Assembly: GCA_951406725.2 (NCBI GenBank)
Contig: OX597823.1
Span: forward strand, 83,328,001-83,392,000
Length of the DNA stretch: 64,000 nt
Reading direction: 5' to 3'
DNA from: Octopus vulgaris
Taxonomy: Eukaryota
Part shown: in pieces, positions 55,747 to 64,000 of the stretch
How positions within the stretch are numbered: position 1 is the first letter of the stretch
How the letters are laid out: the number at the start of each line of letters is the position of its first letter
Program-made: the position numbers and the translations under genes
Notes under the pieces: generated by a model
Told to the model about the DNA's origin: nothing
The model's database searches: none
The model's input: the letters and a program-made list of their open reading frames with translations, nothing else

Positions 55747-55781
55747 ATATCATGAATAGCGATAGCGAAACCGGTCGATAT
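55747..55781 (+). ncRNA. Minimal type I hammerhead motif with A3:U8 core
   Basis: atatc-ATGAATA-gc gata gc-GAA-ACCGGT-C-gatat; 5-bp stem I, GUC triplet; in a (TA)n-flanked element (55561-55838) sharing ttatctccctta with the Penelope 3' region at ~2563. Confidence 0.62.
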
Positions 55782-55833
55782 ATTAAAAATTATATTAAAA
55801 CTATGTAAGTGTGCGTATTTTCCTTTTTTTATT

Positions 55834-55890
<57 letters not shown>

Positions 55891-56646
55891 TCTGTGTGTG
55901 TGTGTGTGTGTGTATTCATAGAGATACATACAATTACACATATGATGATTGCCTCATTTTGTCAGATGATATTCATCTTACATTCTGGCTCATTGTTCTG
56001 ATTCACTTTCATCCTTGCATGTCTGCAGATATGAATTTGCAGGTTGCCAAGTATCCATCACCATTGGACTTTATAGAATATGAAACAGATCAAGGAATGA
56101 AATGATAGTTCCGACGTCTGTACATTGTGGGATTTAAGTGACAAAAGCTGGTGCAACACTTTTGCCACTCTTTCAGTTGCCATTGTAGGTTCCAGTGACA
56201 AGCATTGTAAGATGACTGGTAACTGTTTTGACTGCAAGTTTTATGTCAGAATATCTTTGTCCTAGAAGAGCTGCCTTCCCTATGACTTTGTCAAAAATAA
56301 TGAGAGCCCTCTCTATCCCTTGAAAATCTATTTAACCCACAGCCCACAGACAGGGCCCTGACAAGTGCTACCATTCCAAGTCAGAATGGACCAGGGAGTA
56401 AAAGTAATTAAGAGACGACTCCATACTCCCTACAACTCCAGAATTCCCAACCTGAAGCCTAACCACTGGAAGCAGTTTAATGTCATACACAGGACATATA
56501 TACATATATACACACATATATACATACATACATACTTATGCATATATATGAATGTAGCAGAGTATGATAGAAGTATTGAGTGATATTTAAGCCTTCTTTC
56601 ACAAGTATGCAGTGGACATCCTAATCCTAATGTTTTGAAAGGATGC

Positions 56647-56687
<41 letters not shown>

Positions 56688-56689
56688 AT

Positions 56690-56890
56690 CACAAATCCAA
56701 TAACATTGATGGCCATATTAAGTCCAAGATCAAACACCCTAACAACATGAGTTCCTTCTCTCAGCTCATTTTCCAACTCAAGACTATGACAGAAGAATCC
56801 AACTTAAACACAAACTTCTACAAGAAAGCAGCCAGTGAGGATCCGTTTGTGCACTATCAATCAGCCCCTCTCACTGGAGTCAAAGCCATC
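56690..56890 (+). pseudogene. Penelope-like RT C-terminal fragment
   Basis: IKHPNNMSSFSQLIF...NTNFYKKAASEDPFVHYQSAPLTGVK resembles the T.(L/F)Y.K...(Y/F).H..S.HP...K motif. Confidence 0.6.
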
Positions 56891-56892
56891 TA

Positions 56893-57098
56893 CAGTAATC
56901 ACTCACCTTATCACGGTTCACCTATCATGCACTCATACATTATGGATTTTTTCTGGCTAATACAGTTAAATTTATATCACAGGCTCCTCAGTATATCCGG
57001 GTTTCTGCAGCTGATAGGTATTTATATTCTTTTAGATATTTAATTATTTCTGTGGGAGGTTTTGGAATGTAACACTTGCGATAGCCAAGGGATTACTG
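56893..57098 (-). mobile_element. pogo/Tigger-like MITE
   Basis: TA-cagtaatc ... gattactg-TA termini; inverted relative of 60400-60631. Confidence 0.72.
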
Positions 57099-57113
57099 TA
57101 TATACAAACTGAA

Positions 57114-57336
57114 GCTGGCAGAAACGTTAGCACGCTGGGCGAAATGCTTAGTGGTATTTCGTCTGCCGTTACGTTCTGAGTTCAAATTCCGCCGAGGTCA
57201 ACTTTGCCTTTCATCCTTTCAGGGTCGATAAATTAAGTACCAGTTACGCACTGGGGTCGATATAATTGACTTAATCCGTTTGTCTGTCCTTGTTTGTTCT
57301 CTCTGTGTTTAGCCCTTCGTGGGTAGTAAAGAAATA
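57114..57336 (+). mobile_element. SINE family A with 17-bp TSD
   Basis: tgtatatacaaactgaa at 57097-57113 and 57337-57353. Confidence 0.9.
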
Positions 57337-57965
57337 TGTATATACAAACTGAAATTTCCTGGCTATGAAACAGGTGCAGTGAGGCAGCAGATAAAGCCTT
57401 GAACAGCAAGCAATTCCAAAAGTTTCTATTAAATAACAGCTAGCTCATCAGGGGTTAAGTGTTAGGGGAACGAGATGTGTGGAATGCATGACGATGAATG
57501 AGTTACAAGCAAGAACAGAATGCCTTTAGGACATTGTATTATGTTGTGATGGATGGAGCTTCACAAGGACAGCAAATCGCCAATCATCTCAGTCCTTTGT
57601 CATCTTGTCATGCAGAAGAAGAATAACCTAGTCCATTATGAATTAAACAATCTAGTTAGGAATTGTGAATTTAATAGATCCGGGTGTAAACGTTTATATT
57701 GCTTTTAAGTAGGTCACTTCAAATGACCTCTCAGGCATAAAAGTCACAGTGAAAAGGGTCAAATGAACACATCCACCTGTTTCTACACAACTCTTACAGC
57801 AAAAGATCAAGTATCTGTCTTTGTTTATCAAACAAGGGCAGTGGTTTTTAGCCTGGGCATCAACACTCCATTGGGGATTTTGTGAGCTTAAAAGGGGTCT
57901 ATGAGAATGTTGAGTGTTTAAATGATTTGTGAGTTAAAAATTAGGTAGTTCTTTAGTGGGATTTA

Positions 57966-58230
57966 CCATATTTGTCCTGAAATACACTGCCTTTCCATAC
58001 CATTCTGTACTGAAATACACTGCCTTTTCATGCCATATTTGTCCTGAAATACACTGACTTTCCATACCATTCTGTACTGAAATACACTGCCTTTTCATGC
58101 CATATTTGTCCTGAAATACACTGACTTTCCATACCATTCTGTACTGAAATACACTGCCTTTTCACACCATATTTGTCCTGAAATACACTGCCTTTCCATA
58201 ACATATTTCTTCTGAAAAATGTTGCCTTTT
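57966..58230. repeat. Minisatellite of alternating 33/34-bp units (67-bp dimer)
   Basis: ctgaaatacactg at 57977, 58010, 58044, 58077, 58111, 58144, 58178. Confidence 0.92.
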
Positions 58231-58538
58231 ATTTCAATTGGTTTTGAAAATAACAAAGAGTTTAATAAAATAATTTTGTTATCATTAACCTCAGGTTTGG
58301 AACATCATCATCATCAATCTTCAGGGAAGGTTTTAATTTAGATCTCGTAAAAAAAAAACAAAAAAAACATGAAGTTTGCAACACAGAACCAGTGTTGGTT
58401 TCAAATGGATCTCGGAGTGGTTGGCATTAGGAAGGGCATCCAGATCAGGTTCCAATATTCAGCACGACACAGAATGTGTCAAGGCTGGCCCTTTGAAATA
58501 GAGGTACTACTCTTTTTTTCCCAGATGAGTGAAATAAA

Positions 58539-58622
<84 letters not shown>

Positions 58623-58650
58623 TACATACATACATACATACATACATACA

Positions 58651-58686
<36 letters not shown>

Positions 58687-58804
58687 TATATGTATATATA
58701 TGTATATATTAGTCCAACCCATGCTAGCATGGAAAGCGGACGTTAAACGATGATGATGATGATGATGATGATACAAATAAATACACACACACATATATAT
58801 ACAT

Positions 58805-58850
<46 letters not shown>

Positions 58851-58936
58851 GTAATTGTTAAACAGGACAGCAAACATTAAGGCAAGGCAAACATCTCAAG
58901 TCATATGCAATATTATTATAGGAAGAAATTCAAAAT

Positions 58937-58990
58937 CTTTACACTTGTTTCTGAGATATCCCCGAGTATAGGATATTCCATCATCAGAAA
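58937..58990 (-). ncRNA. Type I hammerhead ribozyme motif, canonical core
   Basis: ttt-CTGATGA-tggaatatcc tatactcgg ggatatctca-GAA-ACA ag TGT-A-aag; ~9/10-bp stem II, GUA triplet. Confidence 0.75.
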
Positions 58991-59188
58991 CAGATAGGGG
59001 AAACATAGGGAAAATGAGAATGGTATATATTAATGAGATGATGACATAGAGGAAGGGAGTAAAAGAATAAAGAGATGGAAAAAAAGAGGAAAAAAGAAGG
59101 ATAAAAGTTCATAGTTCAACTTTCTGAAGTTATAGAAACCAAAGTGTAAGTCTTTAGGTGCAATCCTGCATAGATCCATGTGGGTTAT

Positions 59189-59575
59189 GGATGGAAGCAC
59201 TCCGTCGGTTACGACGATGAGGGTTCCGGTTGATCCGAATCAACGGAACAGCCTGCTCGTGAAATTAACGTGTAAGTAGCTGAGCACTCCACAGACACGT
59301 GTACCCTTAACGTAGTTCTCGGGGATATTCAGCATGACACAGAGAGTGACAAGGCCGGCCCTTTGAAATACAGGTACAACAGAAACAGGAAGTAAGAGTG
59401 AGAGAAAGTTGTGGTGAAAGAGTACAGCAGGGATCACCACTATCCCTGCCGGAGCCTCGTGGAGCTTTTAGGTGTTTTCGCTCAATAAAAACTCACAACG
59501 CCCGGTCTGGGAATCGAAACCGCAATCCTATGACCGCGAGTCCGCTGTCCTAACCACTGGGCCATTGCGCCTCCA
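59189..59575 (-). mobile_element. Full-length SINE family C with 12-bp TSD
   Basis: catgtgggttat at 59177-59188 and 59576-59587. Confidence 0.9.
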
Positions 59576-60399
59576 CATGTGGGTTATATATATGTATAAG
59601 CAAAATAGCTAGTTGTAAAATCTCAAGAGGAGATCAGAGTAGTTATTAAACTAACAAGTAAAGTCAGTCACCACATCAACGGGGCTGTTCCATGTTACTG
59701 CTAGTTTATCCCTAGGCAGATCTTCTGCCAGCTGGTTATCAGTGTGGTAATAGATACATATATATATATATATGTAAATAGTAAGAGATTATCCCAAAAC
59801 ATTAACTGGTTTATTCTTGGTTAGGTCATCAAAATAGGTTATTCAACGGTTAATATATAAATCCAATAATATTCTTGTAAGGTAATAATCCTTATTATCA
59901 TTATTGTTTATATACATAGCACATCTGAGCATGATCATTGCCAGGGCCATGGATTGGCTCCCATGCCGATGACATGGGAAAAGAACCATTCGAATGTGAT
60001 CATTGCCAGCATCACTTTACCGGTACATGTGCTGGTGGCATGGGAAAAACAACAGTCGAGCATGGTTGTTGCCAGAACCACCTGACTGCCACCCGTGCAA
60101 GTAGCACATAAAAATACCTTTTCAAGGTGGTCATTGCCAGAGGCCCTCATGCTGGTGGCACGTAAGAGCACCCACTATACTCTTGGAGTGGTTGGCATTA
60201 GGAAGGGCATCCAGCTGTAGAAACTTTGCCAGATCAGATTGAACCTGCTGCATCCATCTGGTTCACCAGGCCTCAGTCAAATCATCCAACCCATGCCAGC
60301 ATGAAAAGCAGACATAAAACGATGATGATGATGATGATGATGATGATATATATATATTTACATTCTTTGTCTGTATTTAAGTGCATTTGTATGTATGTA

Positions 60400-60631
60400 C
60401 AGTAATCCCTCAACTACCACAGGTGTTACATTCCAAACCTCCACACCACCCCCTCATGATAGATAAAATCCATGAAGTAGAAACAGTACTGTACTGTATT
60501 TTTTTTTTATTATTTTTATAATTTGTATATATTTATTTTATTATAAATGCGAAACAACAGCATGGAGGAATCGACATAAGCTTAAATAATAAACTGCGAT
60601 AGGTGAACTGCGATATGGCAAAGGATAACTG
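60400..60631 (+). mobile_element. pogo/Tigger-like MITE
   Basis: TA-cagtaatccct ... aaggataactg-TA. Confidence 0.72.
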
Positions 60632-61627
60632 TATGTATGTAAACCTACAAAGAAGACATGCAAACATAACAAATCTAACTATTTCTTCCTTCAATTGAGA
60701 AAAAATGAGGATTGGCTGTGTAGTAAGTAGTCTGCTTACCAACCACATGGTTCTGGGTTCAGTCTCATTGCATGGCACCTTGGGCAAGTGTCTTCTACTA
60801 TGGCTTATGGGCCGACCAAAACCTTGTGAGTGGATTTGGTAGACGGAAACTAAAAGAAGCCCATTGTATATATGTATATATATATGTGTATGTGTGTGTA
60901 TGTGTTTTGTGTGTATGTGTTTTGTGTGTATGTGTTTTGTGTGTCTGTGCCCCCCCCCCACAACATCGCTTGACAACCAATGCTGATGTGTTTATGTCCT
61001 CGTAACTTAGTGGTTCAGCAAAAGAGACCAACCAACAGAATAAGTACTGGCCTTACAAAGAATAAGTCCTGGGATCGATTTGCTCGACTAAAAGGCGGTG
61101 CTCCAGCATGGCAGCAGTCAAATGACTGAAGCAACTTAGCAGTTCGGCAAAAAAGACCGACAGAATAAGTACTAGGCTTACAAAGAATAAGTCCTGGGGT
61201 CAATTTGCTTGACTAAAAGGCGGTGCTCCAGCATGGCCACAGTCAAATGACTGAAACAAGTACTTTATCAGGTTCTCATACAAAGTGTTTACATCATTTG
61301 ACCAATCCCAGAGAATGTAAGCAGCCAATTTATTTACATGTCACCAAATCCTGTTGCTACAGGAAATGGAGCTACTAATCTGTATAATTAATATTATCAG
61401 AAATTAAGCAACAGATGTATCTTCTGTTTTATTGTTCCACATTATATTTTCAGCAAGTGTGGCTGTGAGGTAAGAAGTATGATTCCCAACCACATGGTTG
61501 CAAGTTCAGTCCCACTGTGTGGCATTTGGGCAAGTGCTTTCTACTATATTATAACCTCTGACCAGCCAAAGCCTTGTGAGTGGATTCAGTAGAGGGAAAT
61601 TTAAAGAAGCCCATTGTATATATATAT

Positions 61628-61688
<61 letters not shown>

Positions 61689-61697
61689 TTTTTATAT

Positions 61698-61751
<54 letters not shown>

Positions 61752-62232
61752 ATACATAGTATACATATATAAGTGTGTCTTTGTTTATCAACTGCACCCA
61801 CTGTTTGATAACTGATGTTGGTGGGTTTACATCCCTATAACTTAGCAGTTCAGCAAAATATACCAATAAAATAAGTAACAGGCTTGAAGAAAAATAAGTA
61901 CCAGGGGGTTGATGCATTTGTCAAAAAATTCTCCAAGGTGATGCCCCAGCATGGCCACAGTCTAATGTTTGAAACAAGAAACAGATAAACGATGTACTTC
62001 ATACTACGGTTAATAAATCAGTATTTGAAACTCACTCCTGTTTAATTAAAGTGGACAGCTCGTTTGCACATCCGTGTTGTTTGGTGGGGCATGGAGGGAG
62101 TGGATTACCAAAGCAAGGTATGGAGCATGGGTAAAGTGCCATTCAACAGTGAAAAGGAACTTTGAGCTACAAAAGGTCAGGCTTCACATTGCTAAAGTGC
62201 AATGGTTGAGATGATCAATATGTGGTGGAAGT

Positions 62233-62615
62233 GGAAGCACTCCATCGGATACGACAACGAGGGTTCCGGTTGATCCAAATCAACGGAACAGCCTGCTCGT
62301 GAAATTAACGTGTAAGTGGCTGAGCACTCCACAGACACGTGCACCCTTAACGTAGTTCTCGGGGATATTCAGTGTGACACAGAGAGTGACAAGGCCGGCC
62401 CCTTGAAACACAGGTACAACAGAAACAGGAAGTAAGAGTGAGAGAAAGTTGTGGTGAAAGAGTACAGCAGGGATCACCACCATCCCCTGCTGGAGCCTCG
62501 TGGAGCTTTTAGGTGTTTTCGCTCAATAAACACTCACAACGCCCAGTCTGGGAATCGAAACCGCGATCCTATGACCGCGAGTCCGCTGCCCTAACCACTG
62601 GGCCATTGTGCCTCC
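62233..62615 (-). mobile_element. Full-length SINE family C
   Basis: Near-identical to 59189-59575. Confidence 0.88.
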
Positions 62616-63314
62616 CCGATCAATATGTACGTATGCATATATTCATGTGTGATGTCATGTGACATGTGCAGAGTGTGTGTGTGTGTGCCTGCATGTATGT
62701 GTGAGTGTGCATTGCTACTGTCCTTGTTAAACCCCATCTCAGCCCTGATGAAGCAAAATCGCGATGAAAGGTGTTCTCCCCATGATTGTCCCATTCCCAT
62801 TTCCTTTCAGTCTTATCAATTTCTAATTAAACAGTTATTTTATTGTTTAACCTCCAAGAGTGTAGTGGGTCCTTTTTATGTGCCACAGGCACAGCATCCA
62901 GTCAGGTGGGCCTGGCATCGATCACGTTCAGATAGTGCTTTTTACATGCCACTGGCACGGCGGCCAGTCAGTGGGTACTGGCATCAGCCATGTTTGGATG
63001 GTGCTTTTACATGCCACCAGCATGGGAGCCAGTCAGGTGGACCTGGCATCGACGTATGTATTTGTGTGTCTGTGTTTGTCACCCCCCCCCCCACCATCAC
63101 TTGACAACCAATGTTGATGTGTTTACATCCCCATACCTTAATGGTTCAAAAAGAGATCTATTGTATAAGTACTAGGTTTACAAAGATTAAATCTTGAGGT
63201 CGATTTGTTCAACTAAAGGCGGTGCTCCAGCATGGCCAAAATCACAAGTGTAACAAATAAAAGAATAAAAGAACAAAAGAAAGCAGATATGCACACAAAC
63301 ACACACACACATAC

Positions 63315-63359
<45 letters not shown>

Positions 63360-64000
63360 GAACATCCTTCACCTTCTGTTTACCAAATATACTTATAAGG
63401 CTTTGGTCTCTCTGGGACCAGAGTAGAAAATGCTTGCCTAAGGTACCTTGTCGTAAAATTGAACCTAAAACCACAAGGTTAAGAAGCAAACTTTTTAAAC
63501 ACACAGCCATGTCTACACCAATAATAGTCACTATTCAGTATGGTGGTGTATATCCGTAGAGAGCACCATAATTCAATTAATTTCAAAATAATTAATTTCA
63601 TAACTTAGTCAAAAACCTAATAAAACATTTTAATTAAAGTAATTCAACAAACTGATTATTTTAATTAATGACAATGTGATTACACTATAATGAATAACAA
63701 TGCTGTAGCAAGGTTATTTTTTAATCATCATCATCTTCATCCTCATTATTTAATATCCATTCTCCATGCAGGCATGGATTGGACGGTTTGACTGGAGACT
63801 GGCCAAGCTGGCAAGCTGTCCAGACTCTAATTGTCTGTTTTGGCATTGTCTCTATAGCTGGATGCCCTTGCTAACACCAGCCACTTTACAGAGTGTACTG
63901 GGTGCTTTTTACATGCCATCAGCACAGGTGTGTTTACTCAGCACTAGCATGAGTCCATTTATGCAACACAGGATTGAGTGCGTTTTATGTGGCACTGGTA

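Noticed and set aside
57966-58230. CRISPR-like array
   Set aside because: Spacers are not unique (two alternate), eukaryotic context, no cas genes
62740-62785. CTGATGA...GAAA
   Set aside because: No credible stems I-III

Overview
AT-rich, repeat-saturated eukaryotic DNA. The SINE families and microsatellite load look like an octopus (coleoid cephalopod) genome; this is inferred from recognition, not from a search. I can support no intact host protein-coding exon, and nearly all long ORFs in the track are microsatellite artefacts. Real coding remnants are all transposon-derived: Penelope-like GIY-YIG and RT fragments, RLE-type (Hero-like) and L1/Tx1-like LINE ends, and mariner transposases. 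The window also holds several tRNA-headed SINE families, non-autonomous Helitron-like elements, pogo-like MITEs, a 5'-truncated tRNA-Asp and large compound satellites. The most notable signal is a set of at least six type I hammerhead ribozyme motifs in several unrelated short elements lodged in (TA)n/(TG)n tracts. Many of these elements are fold-back palindromes, and two motifs have compensatory non-canonical cores (U3:A8 and A3:U8). Also notable: a SINE body repeatedly inserted at one site inside older copies of its own family, a LINE fragment sharing its 3' tail with that SINE, and an apparent CpG-decay boundary near 43-44 kb. All coordinates and pairings were read by eye.
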